Shown here: positions 18,049 through 28,009 of the stretch, piece by piece | How the letters are laid out: every line of letters starts with the position of its first letter | Position numbering within the stretch: the stretch's first letter is position 1 | Source of the DNA: an uncultured delta proteobacterium | GTDB lineage: Bacteria > Myxococcota > Kuafuiibacteriia > Kuafuiibacteriales > Kuafuiibacteriaceae | Direction of reading: 5' to 3' | Assembly (NCBI GenBank): GCA_963803435.1 | Contig: CAWDML010000008.1 | Location: 512,001 to 576,000, forward strand | Length of the DNA: 64,000 bases | The notes under the pieces: generated by a model | The model's input: only the letters and a program-made list of their open reading frames with translations | What the model was told of the DNA's origin: nothing | Database searches by the model: none | Made by a program: the position numbers and the translations under genes

Positions 18049-18518
18049 ACGGCGCGGTTGATCGCCTCCGGGTCGAGCGGTCCGTCGCGGAGCTCCCGCC
18101 AGCTCTCGTACTCCCGGACCCACTGGCGGGATCTCAGCGGGTGCCGGAGCTTGGTCGCCTCGATCCAGTCGTTCAGCTGACCGGAGAGCGAGGCGTCGTC
18201 GGCGAGGAACACCTCGCGGGCGTCGTCGAGGATGTCGAGCATCTCGCGGTTCTTCTCCCAGCGGCCCGGCGAGCTGCGCTCGAGGAACACGAAGTCCGTG
18301 AGCGAGCCGAGCATCAAGGCCACGCCCGCGTCCTGCATCGGGTTGCCCGAGAGGCGCCGGATCCGGGCCGTCAGGCCGTCGGTCGGATCCGCCGTGACCA
18401 GCGACGACCTCAGGATTCCGCCGGGTGACAGGTGCATGAGCGCGAGCGCAAGCTCACTTGCGATTGCTGGGCTGAGCGCGTCGAACCAATCGCACCAGGC
18501 GGAAGTGGGTGAAGGCAT
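18021..18518 (-). CDS. Hypothetical protein
   Basis: ATG after the sigma54 activator stop; normal composition; fills the gap between recognised genes. Confidence 0.55.
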   Translation of the reverse strand: MPSPTSAWCDWFDALSPAIASELALALMHLSPGGILRSSLVTADPTDGLTARIRRLSGNPMQDAGVALMLGSLTDFVFLERSSPGRWEKNREMLDILDDAREVFLADDASLSGQLNDWIEATKLRHPLRSRQWVREYESWRELRDGPLDPEAINRAVYEMLSAGS

Positions 18519-18525
18519 CGGGTGG

Positions 18526-20361
18526 CTACTCTGACTGGCGCTTGCGGGGCCGGGGGATGTCGTAGAGATCGAGCCGGCGGAGCAAGGCCTTCCGCGACAT
18601 GCCCAGCATCTTGGCAGCGCGCGATTGATTGCCACCGCACTCCTCGAGCGCCCCCACGATGCGCGCGCGCTCCAGCGACTCGACCTCGTCCTTGAGAGAC
18701 GCGGATTGACCCGAGAGATCCAGCGTCGGCGAGTCGAGCACATGAGCGTTGAATCCGCTGATCGGACGAGACATCGGGCCGGTCGACTCGGACTCCTTGA
18801 GGTCCCCCGACTGGAACCGCTTCGGCGCGAAGATAAACGACGAGGAGAGCTTCTCCATCGGAAGGTGCTCGAGCTCGACCGTCCCTTCACCGGCCAGGAT
18901 CACCGCGCGCTCGACGATGTTTCGCAGCTCCCGCACGTTGCCCGGCCAGGCATACACGCCGAGCGCCGCCATCGCCTGCTCGGAGAAGCGGGGCGCACGC
19001 CGCCCTTCACGCGTGGCCGTCTTGACGGCGAACGATTCGACGAAGACCGGGATCTCTTCGCGGCGCTCCCGGAGCGGCGGGATCACGACGGAGATCCCGT
19101 TGAGACGATAGAAGAGATCCTCACGGAAGGTGCCCTTCTTGACCTGCTCCTCGAGGTCGCGGTTGGTGGCGGCGACCACGCGTACGTCGATCGGCGTGGT
19201 CTTCACGCTGCCGACGCGACGGACCTGACGCTCCTCGAGCACGCGGAGCAGCTTGACCTGCGTCGACAGCGACATCTCGCCCACCTCGTCGAGGAAGACC
19301 GTGCCGCCCTCGGCCGACTCGAGCAGGCCCGCCTTCTGCTTCACCGCCCCGGTGAACGCTCCCCGTTCGTGACCGAACATCTCCGACTCGAGGAGCTCCT
19401 CAGAGAAGGCTCCGCAGTTGAGGGGGACGAACGGCTTGGCGACGCGCTTGCTCTTCTCGTGAAGCCTCTTGGCCAGCACCTCCTTTCCGACGCCCGTCTC
19501 TCCGAGCACGAGCACGCTGATGTCGCTCTGCGCGATCCGCTCGATGAGCTCGTAGAGGCGGCGCATCGATCGGCTGATCACGATCGGCTCGCCTTCACGC
19601 GGGTGCGCGTTCTGGTCGAAGCCCCGGGCGGCGTCGCCGGCGAAGGCCGAGAGCGCGGCGGCGTCCTTCGCGTCCCTGGGGAAGAGCGCCACGCCGACCG
19701 ACGCATCGCTCCCCAGCCGGCCGAGGCCGAAGCGGAGCGCGGTGGCGGCTTGATCGACCGTCTCTGGGTCGGCGTCGGTGAGCAGCAGCTCGTATTCTCC
19801 GGGGGCGTAGCGGGCGATCAGATCCTGGGCGCCCAGCAGCGTGGTGATCGCCGACTCGACGGCTCCACTCGCGATCATGCCGGTCCGCACCCGAAGCACG
19901 CCGAACTCGCCACCCCCGGCCCGCGCGCGGGCGCACTCCTCCTCGAGGCGGAGCTCGTACTGCCCGTGGCTCAGGACGCGCCGCGGCTGATCGAATGTTG
20001 GACCCGTCTGGATCACCAGTGTGGTGTGCCCGACGTCGATGAGGTCGCCGAGCTCGAAGGGTTGGGAATCGTTCGCCTCGAGGCGGCTCCCCCTGAGGCG
20101 GGTCCCGTTGGAGCTGCCCAGGTCGGAGACCCGGAGCAGCGGTCCGGCGACCTCGATCGAGAGGTGGAACCTGGACAGGGCCGGATCGTCGATGCGGACG
20201 TCGGCCTCCAGGGAGCGCCCCACCGTGTAGCGGCCGTCGGCCACCGGATGGCTCACGACACCTTTGGGTCCGAAGACCAGGAGGCGACGATCGCCGCTTC
20301 GGACCAGGGAGGTCTCCGGCATCGTCACGTCCTCCGTGAAGAGGCCGCGTCGTTCCACCAT
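18526..20361 (-). CDS. Sigma54-dependent Fis-family activator with FHA and degenerate GGDEF-like domains
   Basis: FHA ([17 protein letters not shown]), [32 protein letters not shown]-terminal HTH. Confidence 0.93.
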   Translation of the reverse strand: MVERRGLFTEDVTMPETSLVRSGDRRLLVFGPKGVVSHPVADGRYTVGRSLEADVRIDDPALSRFHLSIEVAGPLLRVSDLGSSNGTRLRGSRLEANDSQPFELGDLIDVGHTTLVIQTGPTFDQPRRVLSHGQYELRLEEECARARAGGGEFGVLRVRTGMIASGAVESAITTLLGAQDLIARYAPGEYELLLTDADPETVDQAATALRFGLGRLGSDASVGVALFPRDAKDAAALSAFAGDAARGFDQNAHPREGEPIVISRSMRRLYELIERIAQSDISVLVLGETGVGKEVLAKRLHEKSKRVAKPFVPLNCGAFSEELLESEMFGHERGAFTGAVKQKAGLLESAEGGTVFLDEVGEMSLSTQVKLLRVLEERQVRRVGSVKTTPIDVRVVAATNRDLEEQVKKGTFREDLFYRLNGISVVIPPLRERREEIPVFVESFAVKTATREGRRAPRFSEQAMAALGVYAWPGNVRELRNIVERAVILAGEGTVELEHLPMEKLSSSFIFAPKRFQSGDLKESESTGPMSRPISGFNAHVLDSPTLDLSGQSASLKDEVESLERARIVGALEECGGNQSRAAKMLGMSRKALLRRLDLYDIPRPRKRQSE

Positions 20362-20554
20362 TGGGCCAAGGATACAAACTGACTCCAGTACGGACAACTT
20401 GTACCTCGACCTGCCCGCGTTCGCCGGCGCCGAGCGTATTCGATGAGAGCTCGAGTGCGTGTCACGGAGGCGACGGCGCACAGACGGCCAGGCTCGGATC
20501 CTCTCCCCGCCAAGGGCTTCCTGATATGCTCCGTTCGGGAAGTAACGGCTAGGA

Positions 20555-22525
20555 ATGGCGAACGTTTCCGCGGTCCCCCCGCTCGCTGCGATCCCCCCGC
20601 AGATCGGGCGCTACAAGATCGTCTGCGAGCTCGGCCAGGGCGGCATGGGCACGATCTATCTCGGCCGTGCCGAGGGGATCGGAGGCTTCGAGCGGCTGAT
20701 GGCGATCAAGATGATCCATCCGCACCTCTCGAAGCAGCAGTCCTTCATCAACATGTTCCTGGACGAGGCGCGGATCGCCGCGCTCATCCGCCACCCGAAC
20801 GTCGTGCCCGTCTACGAGATCGGTGAGCACGCCGGGCGCCACTTCATCGCGATGGACTACGTGAGCGGCGAACCGCTCTCGATGCTGCTCGACAACACGT
20901 GGTGCAAGGGCATCCCGCTCGACGTCGACATCGTCGCGTACATCATCTCGGTCGTGTCGGAGGCGTTGCACGCCGCGCACGATCTGAAGGATCCGACCGG
21001 CCGACCGCTCAAGGTCGTGCACCGTGACGTCTGCCCTCAAAACATCATGTTGGGCTACGACGGGCTCACCCGCGTCATGGACTTCGGCGTGGCCAAAGCG
21101 GTCGATCAGCTCTCCCAGACCCGGCCCGGGACGCACAAGGGAAAGGTGCCCTACATGGCGCCCGAGCAGATCCGGTGCCTGCCGATCGACCGGCGATCCG
21201 ACATCTTCTCGCTGGGCGTGGTCCTCTGGGAGTCGACCATCGGCAAGCGGCTCTTCAAGGCCGAGAACGACATCCTCAGCGCCAGCAAGGTGTTGAAGGG
21301 GAGGGTGCCACGTCCCACTCGGGCGCGCGAGGGCTATCCGAAAGAGCTCGAGGAGATCGTGCTCACCGCGCTCGATCCGGATCCCGACAAGCGGTTCCAG
21401 ACGGCGCGGGAGATGGGTCAGGTGCTGCGCGAGTATCTAACCCGGCGCGCGTCGGTCGTCTCGCCGTCGGACCTCGAGTCGCTCCTCAAGCGGATCTGCA
21501 AGAAGCGCTACGAGCGGCGCATGGAGATGGAGCTCCGAGCGACCGAGCCTCTCGAGTCCGGGCCGATCGAAGAGGAGACGATGCAGCTCTTCGCGGGCGA
21601 GTCCAACCTCCCCAGCTTCGAGCTCGACGCCGCTGCCGAGCCCAACGGCGATCCCTTGCACGCGCTGCTCATGGCGGTGCCCACGCGCAGTCTCGCTTCC
21701 CAGGCCGCCGACGAAGAGATCGACGATCGAACCGTGCGCACGCAGCTCGAGGACATCGGCTTCATCGCCACGGCGGAGTTCGATCTGCTTGAAGAGGATC
21801 GGGACGCGCCACCGACCGTCGTCGAAGACCACACCAGCGCGATCCGGGCCCTCGTCGCGCGCAGCAACGACGCGCTGGCGCGGCTGGCCGCGGAGGAGGA
21901 GCCGCCGGGCGATACGCAGCCTCCGGTGCTCGAGCTGTCCGAGGCGCTGAGCCGCGAGGGCGAGGTGACGCCGCTCTTGAAGCTCGACCTCGTCGGTGGA
22001 CGGCGAGGCCTCGCGCTGATCGTGGCGTCGCTGGCCGCCGTGGCGCTGGTGGCGGTTGGCCTGGGGTCCGCGCTCGAGGGGACGCGGAGCCCGCCGCCGT
22101 CGGCTCCGCGGCAGGCGCTCGTCGAGGCCGCGAGCACGGAGGGCGTCCCGCACGATCAGGACGGCGAGGCCCGTCGCGCCGAGTCGCCGCGGCCGCGTCC
22201 ACTGTCGGTCGCGCCTCCCCCCGCCGTGATGCCCGCGAGCACGCTGGCGCCCCCGCCGCCGTCGCCCGCCGTCGCCCCGCCCCACCCGACGCCCATCCGG
22301 AAGGCCGTCGAGAAGGCACCCGCGCCCGCCGCCGCGCCGGAGCTCGACGACGAGCCGGAGGCCGACGCGGAGCTGGAGGCCTCCGATGCACCTGCCGAGC
22401 GCCCGGAGGCTCGCCGCAGCAAGCCCAAGAAGCACCGCGAGCATCACGATGCCAAGGTGAAGACGGACAAGAAGAAGACATCGTCGAAGCCGGAGAGGCT
22501 GCTGGTCGGCGCGGGTGATCTGTGA
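20555..22525 (+). CDS. Membrane Ser/Thr protein kinase (Hanks type)
   Basis: GQGGMG, MAIK, HRDVCPQN, DFG, YMAPE; TM helix and Pro-rich tail. Confidence 0.93.
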   Translation: MANVSAVPPLAAIPPQIGRYKIVCELGQGGMGTIYLGRAEGIGGFERLMAIKMIHPHLSKQQSFINMFLDEARIAALIRHPNVVPVYEIGEHAGRHFIAMDYVSGEPLSMLLDNTWCKGIPLDVDIVAYIISVVSEALHAAHDLKDPTGRPLKVVHRDVCPQNIMLGYDGLTRVMDFGVAKAVDQLSQTRPGTHKGKVPYMAPEQIRCLPIDRRSDIFSLGVVLWESTIGKRLFKAENDILSASKVLKGRVPRPTRAREGYPKELEEIVLTALDPDPDKRFQTAREMGQVLREYLTRRASVVSPSDLESLLKRICKKRYERRMEMELRATEPLESGPIEEETMQLFAGESNLPSFELDAAAEPNGDPLHALLMAVPTRSLASQAADEEIDDRTVRTQLEDIGFIATAEFDLLEEDRDAPPTVVEDHTSAIRALVARSNDALARLAAEEEPPGDTQPPVLELSEALSREGEVTPLLKLDLVGGRRGLALIVASLAAVALVAVGLGSALEGTRSPPPSAPRQALVEAASTEGVPHDQDGEARRAESPRPRPLSVAPPPAVMPASTLAPPPPSPAVAPPHPTPIRKAVEKAPAPAAAPELDDEPEADAELEASDAPAERPEARRSKPKKHREHHDAKVKTDKKKTSSKPERLLVGAGDL

Positions 22526-23265
22526 GCGCGTGGGCGCTCGTTCTCTTGATCTTGGGTGGTGCTCCGCCGGACGGCGGCGAGGACACGACGGATCCGAAGG
22601 TCGAGGCCGGTCGCTATCTCGAGACGGGCAACGCTGCGCTCGAGTCGGGTGACACGGCCGCAGCGCTCGACGCCTATCGGGCGGCGTACGACGCGTTTCC
22701 CAGCCCGAAGATCTTCTACAACATGGCCGAGGCTCACCGCGAGCAGGGCGATCTGGTCGAGGCCGCGAACCTCTACGAGCGCGTGATCGTCGAGCTGCCC
22801 GAGGACAGCCCCCTCGTCGCTGCCTCGCAAGACAGGTTGACCGAGCTCGACGCACGCGTCGGTCATCTCTCGGTGACGACCGAACCGATCGGCGCGCGCG
22901 TCGAGATGAACGGCCGTGAGCTCGGCGTCTCACCGGTCGCCGAGCTCCGCGTGCCTCCGGGAACGATCGAGCTTCGCGCCAGCCTCGATGGACGGAGCCA
23001 GCTCGAGAGCGTCGTGGTCCCCGCCGGAGAAGCTCGGAGCGTCTCGATCGATCTGGTCGTCGTCTCCGCCCAGCCTCCACCGCCGCCGTCGGTGGCGGTG
23101 GTCGAGGAGACCACGCTCGTCCAGAAGTGGTGGTTCTGGACCGCGATCGGGTTCGGCGTGGTGGCGGCGGGAACCGCCGTCGCGCTGGTCGCCACCTCGG
23201 GCGACAACTTCCGGCCCCAGGGCGAGCTCCCGACCACCTCGCTGAACGACTGGCCCCGCCGCTGA
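22522..23265 (+). CDS. Secreted TPR + PEGA domain protein
   Basis: Signal peptide, TPR helices, LSVTTEPIGARVEMNG PEGA, KWWFW + TM; 4-bp overlap with the kinase. Confidence 0.85.
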   Translation: MSAWALVLLILGGAPPDGGEDTTDPKVEAGRYLETGNAALESGDTAAALDAYRAAYDAFPSPKIFYNMAEAHREQGDLVEAANLYERVIVELPEDSPLVAASQDRLTELDARVGHLSVTTEPIGARVEMNGRELGVSPVAELRVPPGTIELRASLDGRSQLESVVVPAGEARSVSIDLVVVSAQPPPPPSVAVVEETTLVQKWWFWTAIGFGVVAAGTAVALVATSGDNFRPQGELPTTSLNDWPRR

Positions 23266-23374
23266 ACGGCCCCTGGGACTTCACAGGCACTCCCGGTGTG
23301 CCCGCAGGGGACAACCTGCATCCCTCCGCCCGCGGCCGTCATCAACCTGGAGGCGCCTTCATCCGGCGCGGATC

Positions 23375-23950
23375 GTGATGAGGGTCCCGTCGGGCGAAGG
23401 AGCAGCCGCCCGAAGGAGCCTCATGTTGAGCGATCGAAAGCCGGCGCTGGGCACCAACGTCTTTGTCTACGACGAGGAGGGGAGAAAGCACCGGTTCTCG
23501 CCCGCCGACGTCGGCGCGGCCCGGCAGGAGCGCCTTGGCAGCCACATCCAGGGCCTCGGACTGCCACAGCCGACGCAGTTCATCGTAGTGCCGAAGGAGC
23601 TGCTCACGGCCGACGAGGTGGTCGAAGACATGATCAGCGAGCGTCGCACCGTCGACTGGAAGCTGCGCGTCGTCTACCGGAAGCTGTTGGTCGCGCTGGG
23701 GCGGGCGGTCGGCGCGCTGGACCGGGTGGCCTCCCAGGTGCGGTTCGAGCTCGCCACGCTCTGGGCGCGCCTCCTCGTGACGGTGAACCCGGTGGAGGTG
23801 GACGACTCTTGGGGCTCGGAGGTCACCGAGATCGTCGAGCGGCCCCCGAAGCTCCCGAAGCTCCGGCGGCCCTCGGCGATTCTGATCGAAGCCGTCGCGG
23901 TCATCCGATCCCGAGCGCCCGTTCGAGCTCGGCTCGGAACCGGCGGCTGA
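23375..23950 (+). CDS. Hypothetical protein
   Basis: 191-aa ORF with genome-typical codon usage, no recognised motif. Confidence 0.5.
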   Translation: MMRVPSGEGAAARRSLMLSDRKPALGTNVFVYDEEGRKHRFSPADVGAARQERLGSHIQGLGLPQPTQFIVVPKELLTADEVVEDMISERRTVDWKLRVVYRKLLVALGRAVGALDRVASQVRFELATLWARLLVTVNPVEVDDSWGSEVTEIVERPPKLPKLRRPSAILIEAVAVIRSRAPVRARLGTGG

Positions 23951-24608
23951 CCCGCGCCGTCTGACCGTCGCTGAGCTCGAGCACCCGGCCACCGTCGCGG
24001 AGCGCGCGCACGCAATTCAAGTTGACCAACTCGCTGCGGTGGACGCGCAGGAAGTCGAACCCGGCGAGGCGCTTCTCCAGCGAGGTGAGGCTCTCATCGA
24101 GGAGGTGCTCGCGGCCCTCGGCGGCGAAGATCGAGTACTTTCCGTCGGCCCAGACCCGCGTGAGCGCGCGGGCGTCGAACACTCGGATGACGCCATTCGC
24201 CGCGACGGTGAGGCGCCAGCCGGCGCTCTTGGGACGGGGCTCGTCCCGGGGGCGGCGGGCGCGCGCGCGCTCGACGGCGCGCTGCAGCTGATCCATTCGG
24301 ACGGGCTTGAGGAGATAGTCGACCGCGTTGGCCTCGAACGCGCCGACCGCGTATTCGTCATGTGCGGTGGTGAACACGATCAGCGGCGCATGCTCCTTGC
24401 GCTCCACGCTCTGCGCCAGCGAGAGCCCGTCGAGCCCGGGCATCCGGACGTCGAGGAAGACCAGGTCCGGCTCGACCTCTTGAATGCGCTCGAGGGCCTC
24501 GACGCCGTCCGAGGCCTCGCCGGCCACCTCCACGCCTTCGAGGCCGGCCAGCATCCGGATCAACCGCTCGCGTGCCAGCGGCTCGTCGTCGACGACCAGC
24601 GCGCGCAT
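23901..24608 (-). CDS. LytTR-family response regulator (AlgR/LytT-like)
   Basis: ALVVDDEPLA, FLDVRMP, AVDYLLKP, FLRVHRSELVNL, VSRR. Confidence 0.92.
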   Translation of the reverse strand: MRALVVDDEPLARERLIRMLAGLEGVEVAGEASDGVEALERIQEVEPDLVFLDVRMPGLDGLSLAQSVERKEHAPLIVFTTAHDEYAVGAFEANAVDYLLKPVRMDQLQRAVERARARRPRDEPRPKSAGWRLTVAANGVIRVFDARALTRVWADGKYSIFAAEGREHLLDESLTSLEKRLAGFDFLRVHRSELVNLNCVRALRDGGRVLELSDGQTARVSRRFRAELERALGIG

Positions 24609-25720
24609 CACTTGGCGAGGGGCAGGGTGAGCGTCGCCCGGCAGCCGCCTCCCGGGCCGCTGTCGAGCCGCAGCAGGTCGTCCTTGCCGTAGATCAGCCG
24701 GAGCCGTTCCTGGAGATCCGCGAGGCCGGTGCCCGTACCGGCGTGCTGCGAGCCTCCGCAGCCGGGGCCGTCGTCCGTGACGCTCAGCCACAGCTCGTCG
24801 CCGATCATCTCCGCCTCCACCTCGATCGTGCCGCTCTGGCGCTTGCCTCCGATGCCGTGGAGCACGGCGTTCTCCACCAGCGGCTCCAGCGCCATGGGCG
24901 GGATGCGGAACCGCTGCACGCGCGGATCGACCTTGATGCGATAGGCGAGGTGCTCGCCGAAGCGCACCGACTCGATCTCGAGATACTCGCGCACCACGTC
25001 GATCTCCTCCTCGAGCCGGACCATGGGACGGCGGGTCCGCACCAGCGAGTAGCGGAGCACCTCCGCGAGCCTCTCGATGGTCTCCTCGGCGCGCGCCGGA
25101 TCCTTCGGGATCAGGGCCGCGACCGCGTTCAAGCTGTTGAATAGAAAGTGTGGGTTGGTGCGCGACTGGAGCGCGCGAAGCTGCGCGGTCAAGGCCGCCT
25201 GTCGCTCGCTGGCCGCCAATCTCTCGATCTCCTCGGCGCGCTTGCGCAGGCGCTGATACGAGAGCGCCGCGAGGATGATCATCGTCGAGATCACGTAGCT
25301 GATGATCAGGCCGACGCGGATGTCCATGGGGTTCTTGCACACGACCATCAGGATCGGCTTGACCGCCATCGTCGCGGCAGGAACCAGCAGCGAGACCGTC
25401 GCGACGTGCAACGCCATCCGGAGCCACCGGTTCGCAGGGAGCACCGCGAACGCCCGCGGGAGCACGCGGGCGTAGGCGTAGTGGAGGACGCTCGCGACCG
25501 CCGCCGTGTGGATGTACGTGGAGAGCAGCGCGCGGAGGAGCGTCTCGAGATCGCCGAGGAGCAACCGCGCGTCGATGGTGGCGACCATCGCCGGAGGGCC
25601 CAGGATGTAGAACCACCACAGCCCCTCGGGGATCAGCGGCTCGATCGCGCGCTCGTCCCGCTCCTGGGCTCTCGGCTCGAGGAGCAGAGGGGCGACGATC
25701 CGGGAGGCCGAGCTCTGCAT
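24608..25720 (-). CDS. LytS/FimS-type sensor histidine kinase
   Basis: N-terminal TMs, LQSRTNPHFLFNSLN, LEPLVENAVLHG, DDGPG, GTGLADL. Confidence 0.92.
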   Translation of the reverse strand: MQSSASRIVAPLLLEPRAQERDERAIEPLIPEGLWWFYILGPPAMVATIDARLLLGDLETLLRALLSTYIHTAAVASVLHYAYARVLPRAFAVLPANRWLRMALHVATVSLLVPAATMAVKPILMVVCKNPMDIRVGLIISYVISTMIILAALSYQRLRKRAEEIERLAASERQAALTAQLRALQSRTNPHFLFNSLNAVAALIPKDPARAEETIERLAEVLRYSLVRTRRPMVRLEEEIDVVREYLEIESVRFGEHLAYRIKVDPRVQRFRIPPMALEPLVENAVLHGIGGKRQSGTIEVEAEMIGDELWLSVTDDGPGCGGSQHAGTGTGLADLQERLRLIYGKDDLLRLDSGPGGGCRATLTLPLAK

Positions 25721-25754
25721 TCCGCGATGCTTGCTTTGCGGGGCTGACTTGTAA

Positions 25755-25847
25755 AGCTGCGTTCTCACTATGGAAATGTGCGTTCCCGCACGCCCTCCGC
25801 TCGTTCCTCACACCGCACCGCTCGTGTCCCGCCGGCCGCCTTTCGTC
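25755..25847 (+). promoter_or_regulatory. 21-bp-periodic direct repeats, probable LytTR binding sites
   Basis: CCGCTCGT at 25797 and 25818, CCTTTCGT at 25839; weaker GCGTTC copies keep the same phase (CGT at 25760, 25781). Resembles the AlgR site CCGTTCGTC. Confidence 0.7.
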
Positions 25848-25893
25848 GGCGTCCGCTGGCGCGCGCACGGCCGCCATCTGCATCTCCTTCGCC

Positions 25894-27240
25894 ATGACGC
25901 TCGAAGTCTTTACGCGGCTCGCGCTCTCGCTGATCGCGATCGGCGCTGTCGCATGCGGTGAGAGCTCGGACGCGCCGCCCACCGGACAGCCACCCCCGCC
26001 CGAGAAGCCGGAGGTCTCCTATTGGCAGGACATCGCCCCCATCGTCTTCGATCGCTGCGTGCAGTGCCATCAGGAGGGTGGCATCGGTCCCTTCCGTCTC
26101 GATCGTTACGAGGACGCGAAGCTGTACGCCCCCTCGGCGGCCGCCGCGGTGAAGGCGCGGACGATGCCTCCCTACCTGGTGCGCGCGGACGGTAGCTGCG
26201 GTTCATTTCACGAGCCGCTGGTCCTGACGGACGGAGAGATCGCGACGATCGATCGCTGGGCCGAGCTCGGCGCCCCCGAAGGTGATCCCGTGGAGCTCGC
26301 CGTTCCTCCGCTGCCGGCGCTCGACCAGGGCGAGACGTTCACGACGCCGCTGTTCCAGCCCGAGATCCAGGGGGGCGCCATCGCGCAGTTCGACGAATAT
26401 CGCTGCTTTCTGGTCGACCCGGGGCTCGACCACGATCGCTTCGTCACCGGCTTCCACGTCACCCCCGGCAACGACGCGATGATCCATCACCTCATCGTCT
26501 TCAACGTCGATCCCGACGCGCCCGGACAGGGCGGCACGAACGGCGAGGTGATGGCAGCCCTCGACGCCGAGTCACCGGATCGCGAGGGCTGGCCCTGCTT
26601 CGGCTTCGCGGGCGACGGCGTGAACGTGGAGAGCGAGCCCGTGACCTGGGCCCCCGGCCAGGGCGTGGTCGACTACCCGGAGGGGATCGGCCTGCGCGTT
26701 CGCGCCGGCACCAAGCTGGTGATCCAGGTGCACTATAACCTCTTCGATCCCTCGCTCCGCGGTCAGACCGACCAGACCACGGTGAGAATTCGGTTCGTCG
26801 ATCAGGTCGAGCGCGAAGGTTTCTTCGTCCTCCCGGACGGCTTCCTCACCACGCTGTTCTTCGGTCATCCGGCGACGCTCGAGCCGGGCCAGCCCAGCGT
26901 CTCTTACAGCTGGACCGCGCGGCTCCGCGACTTCGGGGCGGATGGACCGTTCGAGCTCTACGGCGTGGCGCCGCACATGCACCAGCGCGGGAGAAAATAC
27001 GAGCTCCGCGTGGGACCCGAGGGCGCCGACGCGTGTGCGGCCCACGTCGATCGCTGGGACTTCCACTGGCAGCGGCTCTACTTCTATGACGAACCGATCC
27101 CGCTCGACGGAAACACGCCCTTCACGGTGACGTGCGACTACGACACCAGCGACCGCACCGAGCCGGTTCTACCGGGGTGGGGAACGCAGAACGAGATGTG
27201 CCTGGCGGTGCTGTTCGTGGTGTCAGCCCGGACGCCGTGA
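25894..27240 (+). CDS. Lipoprotein with c-type heme motif and Cu type II ascorbate-dependent monooxygenase-like domains
   Basis: Lipobox AVAC, CVQCH, RTMPP, IHHLI, IQVHY, PHMHQRG, WDFHWQ, NEMC. Confidence 0.85.
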   Translation: MTLEVFTRLALSLIAIGAVACGESSDAPPTGQPPPPEKPEVSYWQDIAPIVFDRCVQCHQEGGIGPFRLDRYEDAKLYAPSAAAAVKARTMPPYLVRADGSCGSFHEPLVLTDGEIATIDRWAELGAPEGDPVELAVPPLPALDQGETFTTPLFQPEIQGGAIAQFDEYRCFLVDPGLDHDRFVTGFHVTPGNDAMIHHLIVFNVDPDAPGQGGTNGEVMAALDAESPDREGWPCFGFAGDGVNVESEPVTWAPGQGVVDYPEGIGLRVRAGTKLVIQVHYNLFDPSLRGQTDQTTVRIRFVDQVEREGFFVLPDGFLTTLFFGHPATLEPGQPSVSYSWTARLRDFGADGPFELYGVAPHMHQRGRKYELRVGPEGADACAAHVDRWDFHWQRLYFYDEPIPLDGNTPFTVTCDYDTSDRTEPVLPGWGTQNEMCLAVLFVVSARTP

Positions 27241-27975
27241 GGTCTCGGCCAGCCCGCGCTCGATCTCCTGCGCGATCGCGTGCACCGCGGCGAGCGGGCT
27301 GCCGATCGCGGACGGAGGGTTCGTGATGGGCCGACCGATGATCAGGTAGTCCGCCCCGTCGCGGATCGCCTCGAAGGGTGTGGCCGTCGTCTTCTGATCG
27401 TTGGTGCGCGCCCACTCGGGTCGGATCCCGGGGACCATCTTGAGCAATCGACGCCCCTTCGGGGTGCGCAGCGGGTGGTCGCGCAGGTAGTCGAGCTCCA
27501 GCGGAGAGCAGACGATCCCCGCGAACTCACACTCCGCGGCCCACGCCGCGAACCGGCGGACCACGGTGCGGCGGTCGCCCCCGTAGGTCTCGCGGCAGTC
27601 GTCGTCCGAGAGCGAGGTGAGTACCGTGATCGCGACCGGCTTCGCGCCTTCGCACGCCGCCGCGGCCCGGCGCATCGCCTCTTTTCCCGCCGACGCGTGC
27701 ACCGAGAAGAACTCGATCCCCGCCACCAGGGCGGAGTTGCGGGAGGCCGCCTCCACGCTGGTGGGCGTGTCGTGGAACTTGGCGTCGTAGAAGAACTTGG
27801 CGTTGCTGTGCTTCTTCAGGATCTGGCTGAAGACTGCGGGCCCGGCGTTCGTCAGCATCTGGAGGCCGATCTTGAATAGACCCACCGAGTCGCCGATCTC
27901 CAACATGTAGAGCAAGGCCTGCTCGATACGATCGAGGTCGAGCGCCAACACGATCCGATCCGACGGCTTCTCCAT
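27223..27975 (-). CDS. pyrF: Orotidine-5'-phosphate decarboxylase
   Basis: IVLALD, FKIG, DAKFHDTP, VPGIRP, LIIGRPI. Confidence 0.93.
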   Translation of the reverse strand: MEKPSDRIVLALDLDRIEQALLYMLEIGDSVGLFKIGLQMLTNAGPAVFSQILKKHSNAKFFYDAKFHDTPTSVEAASRNSALVAGIEFFSVHASAGKEAMRRAAAACEGAKPVAITVLTSLSDDDCRETYGGDRRTVVRRFAAWAAECEFAGIVCSPLELDYLRDHPLRTPKGRRLLKMVPGIRPEWARTNDQKTTATPFEAIRDGADYLIIGRPITNPPSAIGSPLAAVHAIAQEIERGLAETSRRPG

Positions 27976-28009
27976 GCGGGCGAGGACGTCGCTCGGTGCG
28001 GTGCGCGAG

